Assembly (NCBI GenBank): GCA_963764165.1
Contig: CAVXRD010000002.1
Coordinates: forward strand, 2,016,001 to 2,080,000
Direction of reading: 5' to 3'
Length of the DNA: 64,000 nt
From: an uncultured Verrucomicrobiae bacterium
Lineage (GTDB): Bacteria; Verrucomicrobiota; Verrucomicrobiia; Limisphaerales; Palsa-1400
Position numbers and translations under genes: made by a program. The notes under the pieces are model-generated. The model had not been told where the DNA came from and searched no databases. It saw nothing but the letters and a program-made list of their open reading frames with translations. This document shows positions 10,827 through 21,900 of this stretch, piece by piece; the stretch's first letter is position 1, and each line of letters starts with the position of its first letter.

Positions 10827-10910
10827 ATTGCTTGCCAACGAAGCCGTGATCTTGTATCACGAATGGCAAGGAGTCGACCCAGTTATTGAATACGCTGCAC
10901 ACCCGCGATT

Positions 10911-13900
10911 ATGAGATTTAGAAACGCCCTGCTCTGCGCAGCCGCTGCTGCCTTGTTAACCTATTCCGCCAAAGATGCGCGCGCCAGCTCACTGATCGTG
11001 CTGCACAACTTTTCGTCATCAACGAATTCCGCCAATGCCGATGGCTCGGCTCCGCTGAACTTGTTTATTTCCGGGGGAACACTTTTTGGAACCGCCAACG
11101 AAAGCGGCGAAAACGGAACCGGGGATATCTTTGAGCTTTCCACCAACGGCACGGGATTCACTGATGTCCACACGTTTACCAGCGAGCGCATTGCCACCAA
11201 TTACGTGAATCAGGATGGCGCGATGCCGGTTGGAGTGGTCGTTAATGGAAATACGATTTATGGGACAACAAGCGAGGGGGGCACCCACGGTTTTGGAACC
11301 ATATTCTCTGTCAACATCGGTGGGACTGGATTTTCAAATTTGTACAATTTCACCAATGGGGCGGACGGCGCCAGCCCCAGCGGCGGTCTTGTCCAAATCG
11401 GGAACGGATTGTACGGAACGACGACATACGGGGGCGTGAATGGCAATGGCACGATCTTTGGCATTTATGCCAATGGCGCCGGCTTCAGCGTCCTGCACGC
11501 GTTTTCCGAAATGGACACCAACTTGGCGAATTCCGACGGCGCCAATCCCGAATGTACCCTGGCAGCGCTCAATAACCGGCTTTATGGAACCGCGATATAT
11601 GGCGGCGTCTTTGGCGCCGGCTCGGTTTACTCCGTTGCCATCGATGGCACCGGCTTCGAGACCCTGCATTCATTCGCGGCGGTGGACAATACCACGGACG
11701 CCAACGCCGAAGGAGCCAATCCAGAAGCCGGGCTGGCCTTGACAAACGGCGTGCTCTTCGGAACCGCTTCCGAGGGTGGGACCAACGCGGCTGGAACCGT
11801 TTTCAGCTTGAACATCAATGGCACAGGTTTTCAGAACCTTTATAATTTCTCGGAGCTTCCGTCCGTAACAAACGCCGACGGGGCTTCTCCGCAGGCGGCG
11901 TTGTCGTTGTCGACCAACGCCATTTATGGAACGACCGCATTGGGAGGCGCCGACGGGAACGGCACAATTTTTGCCCTCACCATGGATGGCTCGCAGTTTC
12001 TCGTGGTCCATACGTTTACCGGAGGCAGCGACGGCGGCATGCCCGGGGGCGGCATGGTCTGGGGCGGGGGCCAGACCCTGTACGGCACGACAGAGGCAGG
12101 CGGGGCAGGCGGCAGCGGGACGGTGTTTGAACTCGTGCCCGGGCCCCTCGGACCGCCGCTGATCATCAGCAACCTTGCCAGCCAGAACGTGAATCAGGGA
12201 AGCCCCCTGACGCTTCAAATTTTTTCCATTGGCGCCGGCGATCTCTCTTATCAATGGAACTTCAATGGCAAAAACATTGCGCACGCGACCAACGATGCCT
12301 ATGTGATCAAGAAGGCGGAGGCGGCGAACAACGGAAATTATTTCGTCACCGTAAGCGGTGCGGGCGGAGTGACGACCAGCGCAGTCGCGACGGTCACTGT
12401 ATTTATTCCTCCCGCCATCACCAGCGAGCCGGCGAGCAAGGCGGAACCAGCGGGAGGAATCGCAACGTTCACCGTCAAGGCGACAGGTTCGCCGCTCGAA
12501 TATCAATGGTATTTTGATGGCAATGCCTTGACGGATGGCGCCGGAATTTCCGGTGTGACCTCAAACGAGCTGGTCATCAATCCAGTCGCCGCGGAAAACG
12601 TCGGGAGTTATTTCGTCGTGGTTGGAAACGGCATCACGAGCAAGACGAGCAAGACAGTCGTGCTCACGTCTCCGGTCGAGAAAACCAAGCCGGCAGTCGC
12701 CATCACTTCGCCCAAGGCCGCCAGCCGCACGAACGCGCCCGTCCTCTCCGGCACTGCCTCCGATTCTGTCCGCATCGTGAGCGTGGCCTACTGGGTGACG
12801 AATTTGAACCCGGGCGTTGTCTCCACGCCGATCAGCGGCGAAGCGATTCTCGCCGCGGGCAAGGGAACGGCCACCAATTGGACAATCCCGCTGGAAGCTT
12901 TGGCGCTGCTGCCGGGAACGAATGTCCTCGCTGTGCAAAGCACCAATGTCGCTGGCCTCGCCTCGGCGCTGGAAAAGGTTTCCTTCTTCTACAAAGTCCC
13001 GTCGGTCTTTGGCCTTTCTACAAACGGGTCGGGAACGGTGACTGGCACGGCGTCTGAGAAAGGTGACACTGCCCCGGCGGACCAGGCGTTGCTCAACATC
13101 GGCGAACGATACACGGTGACGGCGAAGGGCGCCAAGAACTGGCTCTTCCAGAATTGGACAACCAACAGCGCTGTGGCCGGCACAAATGCCACCCTCTCGT
13201 TTGTAATGGAGCCCGGGTTGAATCTCACGGCCACGTTTGTGACGAATTTCTTTGTCGGAATGGCAGGACGGTATGACGGAATTTTTTATCCTTCGCCCCC
13301 GCAAATTGAGGGGGAGACGAATTCCGGCTTGATCTGCAATTTGGTCGTAAAGACAAACGGCGCTTACAGCGGAAAAGTGTATCTGGCCTCCGCCACGCCC
13401 TATTCCATCTCCGGCAGCTTCAATGCCTCCGGCGCGGTGACGAAGACAATCACCCGCAGCGTAAAAGCGGGAGGGAATATTACACTTAGTCTGGAAATGA
13501 GCCTCGGCGTCGTGCCGCGATTGATCTCCGGCTACATTGAATCAACCGGGTGGGCATCGTCGAACCTGAATCTCTTTGCCGCGGCGGGCGCGTTGGACGA
13601 CACCAAGAGCTGGTCCATGCTCCTATCCGACACCAACCAAACCGATGCGCCTCCCAATTATGGCTACGCGCTTGCCACCAATATTTCGCAGATGATCCAC
13701 ATGGGCGGCGCGCTGTCCGATGGAACAAAGTTCACTCCGATGGTTGAACCGATCAATGAGGCGAATCAATTTCCGGTGTACGCCAGCCTTTACGCGAACA
13801 CGGGCCTCGCGCTTGGAATGCTGAGCCTCGATGCGTCCACCAATTCCGACACACCCACTGGCGCGCTGCTTTGGTTCAAGCCGCAGCAGAGAACCGGCCT

Positions 13901-14267
13901 TTACAGCAATGCTTTCAGCACGACCCTGGTCGTGGATGGTTCGCCCTGGACAAATTCCGCCACCGCGATGAGTTCGATGGCGGGTGAGTACCAACTGACA
14001 TTCTCTGGCGGCGGATTCCCATCCGATATTGCGAACACGGTTCAACTGAGTTCCAGCGGAGCGCTGACGCTGGCCGGCCCCGGCGCGGACTTCACCAGCG
14101 GCATCATAAAGCCCGCCGATGGCCTGTTGACGCTTACTTTCACCAATGCGCTTAACAAGCGGGTCATCGCTTCCGGAACGTTTCTGCAAAATGCCAATCT
14201 CGGCGGCGGATTTTTCGCGGGCTCGACGAATTCGGGGACGTTCTTGCTGCGGCCGAATCCACAGTAA
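10911..14267 (+). CDS. Secreted protein with GloVer-type tandem repeats, Ig domains and shared C-terminal domain
   Basis: Repeats of LH.F...DGA.P...L....LYGTT..GG..G.GT[IV]F, Ig-like YQW...G.Y.V.V domains, and an InlB-B-like repeat. Confidence 0.88.
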   Translation: MRFRNALLCAAAAALLTYSAKDARASSLIVLHNFSSSTNSANADGSAPLNLFISGGTLFGTANESGENGTGDIFELSTNGTGFTDVHTFTSERIATNYVNQDGAMPVGVVVNGNTIYGTTSEGGTHGFGTIFSVNIGGTGFSNLYNFTNGADGASPSGGLVQIGNGLYGTTTYGGVNGNGTIFGIYANGAGFSVLHAFSEMDTNLANSDGANPECTLAALNNRLYGTAIYGGVFGAGSVYSVAIDGTGFETLHSFAAVDNTTDANAEGANPEAGLALTNGVLFGTASEGGTNAAGTVFSLNINGTGFQNLYNFSELPSVTNADGASPQAALSLSTNAIYGTTALGGADGNGTIFALTMDGSQFLVVHTFTGGSDGGMPGGGMVWGGGQTLYGTTEAGGAGGSGTVFELVPGPLGPPLIISNLASQNVNQGSPLTLQIFSIGAGDLSYQWNFNGKNIAHATNDAYVIKKAEAANNGNYFVTVSGAGGVTTSAVATVTVFIPPAITSEPASKAEPAGGIATFTVKATGSPLEYQWYFDGNALTDGAGISGVTSNELVINPVAAENVGSYFVVVGNGITSKTSKTVVLTSPVEKTKPAVAITSPKAASRTNAPVLSGTASDSVRIVSVAYWVTNLNPGVVSTPISGEAILAAGKGTATNWTIPLEALALLPGTNVLAVQSTNVAGLASALEKVSFFYKVPSVFGLSTNGSGTVTGTASEKGDTAPADQALLNIGERYTVTAKGAKNWLFQNWTTNSAVAGTNATLSFVMEPGLNLTATFVTNFFVGMAGRYDGIFYPSPPQIEGETNSGLICNLVVKTNGAYSGKVYLASATPYSISGSFNASGAVTKTITRSVKAGGNITLSLEMSLGVVPRLISGYIESTGWASSNLNLFAAAGALDDTKSWSMLLSDTNQTDAPPNYGYALATNISQMIHMGGALSDGTKFTPMVEPINEANQFPVYASLYANTGLALGMLSLDASTNSDTPTGALLWFKPQQRTGLYSNAFSTTLVVDGSPWTNSATAMSSMAGEYQLTFSGGGFPSDIANTVQLSSSGALTLAGPGADFTSGIIKPADGLLTLTFTNALNKRVIASGTFLQNANLGGGFFAGSTNSGTFLLRPNPQ

Positions 14268-14358
14268 GAGATAAGGCTTGGCCAGGGAAAGATGCCGGCG
14301 GCATCAACGAGTGCGCTCGCCGTCGAGGGTTATTGGCCGCGTCGCCCGGCGGGCCCCA

Positions 14359-14919
14359 TTATTTCTGCTCAATGAAGTGTTTCAGCAGGATGGCGAATTC
14401 CATCACTTGAAGTTTGCGCAAATACTCCGCCTCCGCCGGGGCCGTTTGCCGCGCGCGCTGGCAGGCGTCGATAAATGCAAATGGATCCCATTCATCCGCA
14501 GCAGTTACACCCACTGTAATTACAGTTGACAAGATTCTCTTTTCTTCGTTGGTTTTATCGGTGCCCTTGGCGCACTTGGCGATCTTGGGAAAAATCGGAT
14601 GCCAGCCCATGCGATGAAACCAATACTTCGCATTGCTGTAATCCGGCTCCCGGCGGTGCATGATGCCATGGACGTAACTGCCATCGGGGCTGGAGAAATT
14701 TTGCGAAATCTCGTGCGACTCGTCCAGATGATCATGCCAAAGCAGAACCAATGACCGAATCAACCCGGCCGTCGTGGACGAGTAACGGCCTGCGGCGAAA
14801 ATGGGGGACAGCGATGCTTCGATTTCCTCGACCGATTTCCGTCCCGGGCGCGGCTCCGGCCCTAGCGAGGCCGTGTCAGGAGTGTCAAGCAATTGGAGGA
14901 ATTCCGGCGCCGCCTCCAT
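14359..14919 (-). CDS. Conserved hypothetical protein
   Basis: 186-aa ORF coupled to the upstream mutase. Motif LWHDHLDESHEISQ...HGIMHRREPDYSNAKYWF. Confidence 0.8.
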   Translation of the reverse strand: MEAAPEFLQLLDTPDTASLGPEPRPGRKSVEEIEASLSPIFAAGRYSSTTAGLIRSLVLLWHDHLDESHEISQNFSSPDGSYVHGIMHRREPDYSNAKYWFHRMGWHPIFPKIAKCAKGTDKTNEEKRILSTVITVGVTAADEWDPFAFIDACQRARQTAPAEAEYLRKLQVMEFAILLKHFIEQK

Positions 14920-16325
14920 CAGCCCACCTTTTTTGTCAGCGCCACGCCGTCACGGATCAACTTCAGCGCCGCAGCCTCGGATTTCGATTCAGCGTAGATG
15001 CGCAAAATGGGCTCCGTTCCCGAGCCGCGCAGCATCAGCCAGGAACCGTCCTTGGAGGTGAATTTCACCCCGTCGAAGGATTTGACGCCGGCCAGCGGCG
15101 AGCCGGCCAGTTTGGCGGGCGGGTTGTTCTTGCAGAATTCCATCAGCGCCGCGCGCTTCTCCAGCGGGAAATGCGTGTCCAGCCTGGCATAGCGGTGCGG
15201 ACCAAATTGCTTTTCCAGCCGCTGCAATAATTTATTGACAGACATTTTTTCCGTCGCCAGCAATTCCAGCAGCATCATGCCGGAGGCGATGCCGTCGCGC
15301 TCGGGCATCAGGCCGGGAAAGCCGATGCCGCCGCTTTCCTCGAAACCGAGCAGCACATTGCCCTTCAGCATTTCTGCGCAGATGTATTTGAAGCCGACAC
15401 CCGTCTCCACCAGTTCCAGCCCGTAATGCCCGCACATTTTATCGACCATCGAAGTCGTCGTGAGCGCCTTGATGACGCGCCCGGTCCCTTTGCGGTTGAC
15501 AATGAAATGGTGCAGGAGCAGGCAAATAATTTGGTGCGTCGTCAGCGGATTTCCCCGCCCATCCATGCCGCCGACGCGGTCGGCATCGCCGTCGGTCACG
15601 AGGCAGAGATCATGCGGATGCTTCCGCAAAAAGGCCGCGCTCTTGCCGTAATTGGAGGCAATCGGCTCCGGATTGATGCCGCCAAAATTGGGATCATGCG
15701 CGCCATTGAGAGTTGTCACGCGGCAGCTCGTGCCCTTAAGCAATTCCTCAAAGCAGCCCGCGCCGACACCGAACAGCGCATCATGGGCGAAGCGCAATTT
15801 GGAGCGGGCGATCAATTTGAAATCGACCAGCTTCTTGATCGCGGCGAAATGCGGCGGGCGCAAATCCTCGAATTTCACCTTCTCGATCGCGCCTGCCAGC
15901 GGGGGAACGGGAGTTTGATCGATGCGCTTCTCCACTTCCTGGCACATGGCAGATTCAGCCGAGCCGCCGTAATAGGCCTTGAGCTTGTATCCGTTGAAGG
16001 CTGGCGGATTATGGCTGGCCGTGATCATAACGCCTCCCACCGCTTTTCTCTGCTTGACCGCGAACGAGACGGAAGGCGTCGGCGCCGGGCAAGACGAGAG
16101 GGCGGTGGCGAATCCGTTGGCCGCAAAAACCTCCGCCGCGCGCCTGCCAAACTGGTCGGAAAGAAAGCGGCGGTCATAGCCGACGATGATCGTCTTGCTG
16201 GTGCTCGGCGGCGGCTGCGCCGCCCATAAATCCGCCGTGGCCTGGGCCGCCCTCTCCAAATTGCGAAAGGTGAATTCGTCCGCAATAATTGCGCGCCAGC
16301 CGTCTGTTCCAAATTTAATGCTCAT
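14919..16325 (-). CDS. Phosphoglucomutase/phosphomannomutase family protein
   Basis: FGTDGWR, phosphoserine loop ITASHNP, metal loop DGDADR, GFEESGG, RGSGTEPILRIYAE. Confidence 0.95.
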   Translation of the reverse strand: MSIKFGTDGWRAIIADEFTFRNLERAAQATADLWAAQPPPSTSKTIIVGYDRRFLSDQFGRRAAEVFAANGFATALSSCPAPTPSVSFAVKQRKAVGGVMITASHNPPAFNGYKLKAYYGGSAESAMCQEVEKRIDQTPVPPLAGAIEKVKFEDLRPPHFAAIKKLVDFKLIARSKLRFAHDALFGVGAGCFEELLKGTSCRVTTLNGAHDPNFGGINPEPIASNYGKSAAFLRKHPHDLCLVTDGDADRVGGMDGRGNPLTTHQIICLLLHHFIVNRKGTGRVIKALTTTSMVDKMCGHYGLELVETGVGFKYICAEMLKGNVLLGFEESGGIGFPGLMPERDGIASGMMLLELLATEKMSVNKLLQRLEKQFGPHRYARLDTHFPLEKRAALMEFCKNNPPAKLAGSPLAGVKSFDGVKFTSKDGSWLMLRGSGTEPILRIYAESKSEAAALKLIRDGVALTKKVG

Positions 16326-16458
16326 CCAATCCTGTATGAAAAAATCTCGTTGGGCTGTGATCCCCTCCCCGTTTGAAGCGCGGCGGACATCCAGCCATTT
16401 CTACTCATAATACCCCATTAGACAGAAATAGGGATATGGGAGAATCTGGCCAAATACT

Positions 16459-16923
16459 ATGAAAATATTTGGAACAGCAAAATTGAAAAGGATTGCCACG
16501 CTCGCGAGCACCGTGGCGTTTCTGCCGCTCGGCTCGGTCATTGCCTCCGCCACACCGGTTCCCTCCGTTTTGCAAACGGACTCCGGCCTATATCAGTCCT
16601 CCGATTTTCAACAGGTGGACTGGGATGATGCCAAGAGAAAGAAACTGCGCCATGCCTTCTGGCTGCTCAATGAATCGGATCGCGACTACGATGGCCACAA
16701 GGCCAAAGCCATTGAGGAAATCAAGGAAGCGGGCCGCATCATGGGCATAGACTTGAAGAAGGGCGAAGGATGGGGCGGCGAGCATCAAAAATGGTCTGAT
16801 GCCCGCTTGCGCGAAGCGCGCGACTTGCTGATCGAAGTCGCCGAAAAGTCGGGCGGCCCTCGGGAGCACGAACACCTGCGCAAATCAATCCACGAGATTG
16901 ACAAAGCGCTGGAAGTGCGCTAG
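16459..16923 (+). CDS. Secreted helical hypothetical protein
   Basis: Signal peptide and motif DRDYDGHKAKAIEEIKEA. Confidence 0.8.
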   Translation: MKIFGTAKLKRIATLASTVAFLPLGSVIASATPVPSVLQTDSGLYQSSDFQQVDWDDAKRKKLRHAFWLLNESDRDYDGHKAKAIEEIKEAGRIMGIDLKKGEGWGGEHQKWSDARLREARDLLIEVAEKSGGPREHEHLRKSIHEIDKALEVR

Positions 16924-16936
16924 AATTTTCTTCCGC

Positions 16937-17410
16937 ATGAAAGCGCCCGCCTACATTTGCATGATTCTTACGGCGAGCGCTTTTCTTGCACCCAATCGGG
17001 TGCATGCGTCTGACGAAGCCAAAGCAGTGGCAGTCAAGAAACCCACTGTCGCCAAAGCCGTCACGGTGGGAGAGAAACGGCGGGCAGCCGGAGTGGTTCT
17101 CGCCAACGATGGCGCAGCCGTTCTCGGGACGGGCATTCTTCCTGAAGCGTATAATCTCCTGAAACTTGCGGATCACGATTATAAGGGCCATCGCGCCCGG
17201 GCCATGCATCAAATCGAGATGGCAGCCAAGCTGATCGGCGAGCGTCTGGCCGGCGACGGTCACGCCCGCGAACCCCAGCCCACATCCGACGAAAATCTCC
17301 GCCGAGCTCAATCCCTGCTAAGCGAAGCCGCCGCCAAGATGGCTGGCACCCCCGCTGTCCATATTCACAAGGCGACGCAGGAACTTTCAGTGGCTTTGGC
17401 GGTTCGGTGA
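16937..17410 (+). CDS. Secreted helical hypothetical protein, paralog of upstream gene
   Basis: Start ATG 16937, signal peptide, DHDYKGHRARAMHQIEMA, Q..SD..LR.A..LL, C-terminal AL.VR shared with upstream gene. Confidence 0.8.
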   Translation: MKAPAYICMILTASAFLAPNRVHASDEAKAVAVKKPTVAKAVTVGEKRRAAGVVLANDGAAVLGTGILPEAYNLLKLADHDYKGHRARAMHQIEMAAKLIGERLAGDGHAREPQPTSDENLRRAQSLLSEAAAKMAGTPAVHIHKATQELSVALAVR

Positions 17411-17876
17411 ATCGAAAAGATCGCGCGTGGTTTTGGCAGGTTTTTGCGATTGAAACGGTTTGACGAGGAATCCCCGACGACGGCAACTCGCAGGGGGTCC
17501 GGGTCCCCTCTCTCTTTCTTTCTCCCCGCCGGGCAGGCCGAGCACGATCACGATTGGCATGCCGGATGTTCTTCGATTCCATAGCTTGCCAAGAACTGAG
17601 ATGCCCCCTCCGTTTTTTTTGGTCTTTTTTCCTTGCAATAGGAGCTGCAAATGATTTATACCCACCACATCCACTAATTCTCCGCCACTGGTCCATGGCT
17701 CTCTTGCCGTATGAGCATTGGACTACAGCGGCAGGCGCGATTTCAATCGTTTTCGCGCCCCCAATTACTGGAAAAACATGAACCCTGATAAAGTTCATAG
17801 AGAAAATAATATAATCGCATAAGGCTATATATTAACAAATTACGCACGGTTTTCAACGATTATAAACTAATCTCTA

Positions 17877-17904
17877 TTGACTTAATATAGTTAATTGATA
17901 AAGT
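17877..17904 (+). promoter_or_regulatory. Sigma70-like promoter of prepilin/surface-protein locus
   Basis: TTGACT-N16-TAAAGT with TGn extension in an AT-rich stretch. Upstream palindrome ATGAAC-N9-GTTCAT at ~17778-17798. Confidence 0.5.
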
Positions 17905-17951
17905 AAGTTCGTGTTCGGTTTATTCCGGCGGCAGCGAGATAGTCAAGTATT

Positions 17952-18824
17952 ATGAAATGCAAATCACGTGTAATGGAGGCGTTCACATTGATTGAACTTT
18001 TGGTGGTCATTGCCATTATCGCCATCCTGGCCGCGCTGCTGTTGCCGGCCCTGAGCAAGGCGAAGTCGCAAGCCCAAGGCACCAAGTGCACGAACAACGA
18101 GAAACAGTTGACGCTCTCTTGGACGATGTATGCCGGTGACAACAATGATTTGCTTGTCATTAATATTGGAGACGCTCGTCCAAACTATACCGATACGGGC
18201 TTGATGTCGCCTCAAACGGGGACATTTAACTTGTATAATTGGTGCGCTGGCCGTGTGGACGGAAACGGCAGCGCAGGCATTCCTGGAACTTTCGATGAAA
18301 CCAATTCGATTTTGGTCCAGAACAGTGCGATCGGAAATTATGTCAAGAATGCCGCCTCTTACAAGTGCCCCGCTGATCCAGGCAACTTGATCAATAATCC
18401 CCAGTTGGCGCCCAATCGCGTTCGCAGCATCTCCATGCAGAATTACATGAACGCGGACAGCGGCGACAGCCAATCCAACGCCTTTCGCTGGTTTACCAAA
18501 TTGAGTTATATCACCCAGCCTGCGCAATTCTTCGTTTTCGTCGACGAAAAGCCCTCGAGCATCGACGATGGCCTGTTTGAAGTGCAAATGTCGGATCCTG
18601 GACAATCTATCACGGTGGGCAATTATCCTTCACAACTGCACAACAACGCTTGCGGTTTCGGCTTTAGCGACGGCCACGCCGAGATTCACAAATGGCAAAG
18701 CATGGCTTTCCAATCCCCAGCTAGCGCGTCCACCATCTTCGCGCCCGGCCAGGACGGATATAACGATGCGAGTTGGATCACCACGCACACAACAACTCCC
18801 TATGTGACGGGAACGTCGCATTGA
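17952..18824 (+). CDS. Prepilin-type N-terminal cleavage/methylation protein with H-X9-DG motif
   Basis: [44 protein letters not shown]. Confidence 0.92.
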   Translation: MKCKSRVMEAFTLIELLVVIAIIAILAALLLPALSKAKSQAQGTKCTNNEKQLTLSWTMYAGDNNDLLVINIGDARPNYTDTGLMSPQTGTFNLYNWCAGRVDGNGSAGIPGTFDETNSILVQNSAIGNYVKNAASYKCPADPGNLINNPQLAPNRVRSISMQNYMNADSGDSQSNAFRWFTKLSYITQPAQFFVFVDEKPSSIDDGLFEVQMSDPGQSITVGNYPSQLHNNACGFGFSDGHAEIHKWQSMAFQSPASASTIFAPGQDGYNDASWITTHTTTPYVTGTSH

Positions 18825-18992
18825 TGGCTGGTTGCACCGCACCACCGTAAACAGCAAATGATCGCCTTAGAATGTTCGCACATGATGCCGTCGCCCGATT
18901 CACAAAATGGCTCCGACTCGATTACTTGCATTCCCTTGCAAACCTGAATTACCTCCCAACCGAAACTCCTAACACCTCAAGTAGCCTTCTCT

Positions 18993-21900
18993 ATGAAAAA
19001 AGCAATATTAGCCGCCAGTTGCGCGATCTCGATTTCGGCCTGCGCACTGCCCACCTATGAACCATTTACCGAGTATGCCAGCCGTGTGGCCAGCAACCCA
19101 ACCAACGCCATTGACTTGTGTTCGAATGGATTGGTGGCTCCCAGCGGCGAAGTGTGGGGCAGCCTCAATTTCAGTGGAAAAGCCACCGGCACTGGGCAGA
19201 CCGCAGGCGTGGACGTGGTGGTCACCAACATGGGCAGCGCAAGCCCCTTCACCGCTGCAGCATTGTCCGCCATTTTGCCTTCCACTTTTCCCGGCCTTCC
19301 GTCAGCGGGCCAGGCCATCACGGTGGTGGCTTACAATCCTTCGCAACCCGGCACCTCGCCGAGCGCGACTTAAGTTGGCAATAGCGCGGTGCTGATATTT
19401 GCCAATGATTTCACCCGGCCCACCGCCGGATCCAAATCCCTTTACATCTCCTACCTCATTTCCTTCGGAGAAAAGGGACAGTTAGGCACGGGCAACGACG
19501 GACGTTATTTAGATTTTCTCTCGTCAAGCAATCTGTACCTTCCGAATGCCGCGTATCCCTATTGGAGCAAGATCTTCAACACGTTTGGCACCGGGGCGAA
19601 TCCGGAGTACGTCAGCCATGCTCTCCTGGATATCAACACCACCAACACGTATCTCGGGGCTGCTGACTCCTCAGCGGGCAAAGATTTTTCGACCAGTCCT
19701 TTGACGGCACCGATGGGCGCCACGGCCGCCAGCCCCCCAGGCGCGCCTGTCTTTGTGGTTGGCTCCTATACACTCAACGCAACCGGCAGCGACCAGTTGG
19801 TAACTTGGGTTAACCCTTCGACCAACAATTTTGGCGGTTCGACGCCTCCGTCCAGCCCGGCGCAAACATTGACCCCGGCATTCAACATCAGCGACATCGG
19901 TGGATTGTGCCTTGAGGACCGCGTGGGTTCAGGAGCTTTAGGCGGAGTCGGTTCCAATTACATTGTTAATTTGCTCATCGGCAGCACCTGGTCCTTCGTT
20001 ACGGGCGGGCCTGAGTTCACGGCCCAGCCGACGAACTCGGTAGTGGCTGTGCCTGGCGGGACGGTGTCGATAACGGCAACGGCCGTGGCCGCTGCGCAGA
20101 CCGTGAGTTATCAGTGGCAAAAGAACGGGGCCAACCTCGCCAACGGGAGTGGCGCCGCAGGCGGATCCGCTTCCGTTTCCGGCGCGACCACAGCCACGTT
20201 GACGCTGACGGGCGCCTCCGCTGGAGATGCGGGCTCTTATACGGTTGTGGCCACCGCCAGTGGAACCGGCTATGGCTTGGTGAGTTCCAATTCCGTTTTC
20301 GCGGTGTCGGATCCTGGCGTTCTCGCGCAGCCTCAGCCTGCCACTGTCAATTATGGCGGCACAGCCACCTTCACCGCGGAGGTAGTCACAGCCACATCGG
20401 GATTCACTTACGCTTGGTATTATGGGTCAACCATGCTCACCAGCGGCGCGCAAGCCGATGGCAGCATCGTTTCCGGCGCGCAAGGAACCAACCACAGCGG
20501 TCCCGCCACCGTCTATTTGACTCTCAACATTTCCAATGTTTCATGCTCTGACGATGGCAGTTACTCGCTCATCGTCACCAACGTGAACAACAGTTATGCA
20601 GCTTCCACAGCCGCTGCTCTTGCTGTCAATGACCCGTTCATCGGAGTTCAACCGCCGGCGATTGTTGAAATTCCCGCGGGTGGAACTGCCAGCCTGCCCG
20701 TTCAAGCGGGAGGCACCGGCGCCACCTACCAATGGTACAACGCGCAAGGCGCGCTGTCGGATACAGGCGACGATTCCGGCACGGCCACATCAACGCTGAC
20801 CATTGCAAACGCGCAAGCCAGTGATGAAGGGACTTACTACGTCACCGTCAATGGAACGTGCGGCCCGTCCGTCACCAGTTCAAATACGGTGGTCTATGTA
20901 GACACGACGCCGGCCGGTCTTACCCTGACCCCGCCCATTTTGACACAACAGTCTGGCACGCACCTGGCACTCGTCGGCACCGTCGCTGGCGGGTCTGGAT
21001 TGGCCCATCTTTACTTGCAGCTCAATGGAACCAATCTCAACGCCGGGCAGCAGGCCGACGGAAGTTTTGTTTTCGGGCCGGGCACAACGGTTCCAATTCC
21101 CGGGACAGGGGCTTTGATCTTAAGCAATTTGCAGGTCTCCGATTCCGGCACCTACACGGTGATCGTTTCGAACATCGCGGGCGTCGTCAGCGCCAGCAGC
21201 GTTGTCAAGGTGGTGCAACCCGGCCAAATCCAGCTCTCGACCAATAATTTGATTGTCAGCCGCGTTGGGGAAGGTTCGCAGCCTTTGAGCGGCGCCACGG
21301 GCAATACTCTCTACTTGGATCAGTTTGCGACCAATGGCGGATACGTCAATACCATCCAGGTGCCCGACACAGGCCCGAGCGCGCTCGTGGTGGCGGGGGC
21401 CGCCGTTGCGAGCGGAAACGAAGGCGCGGAAGAGGCTTACATCACCACTTCCTCGAACCAGCAGTTTATTAACTTTGGCGGCTTTTGTTACAGCTATCCG
21501 TACCAGGGCGGCGCGGATGTAACGATTGGAGGAGCCGGGTATGTCCGCGGGATTTACGCGGTTAACGGCGCCGGCATCATGGCCTTGGTTTACACCAATT
21601 ACGGCCTTTATTCCGGGGGCCATGGGTTTCGCGACGTCTATTCCACAGACGGATTGACCAACTTCTGGACGACCGGTTCCGCTAGCGGCGGCACTGTCAA
21701 ATATGTTAATGCGGGTCCAGCCGGAGCGTCCTATACGATCACCACACCCGGGCTGGGAATTCCCGCCCTCTCCGCGGCCAACTCGGGCGGTGTTTCGCTC
21801 GGCTTGGTTGGTTCCAATCTGGTATTTGCCGAAAATGGAGCCTTTAGCGTCAGCGACCCCTCGTCCGTTTGGGGCCTGGATGAGTTTTCCGGCGCGCCGA

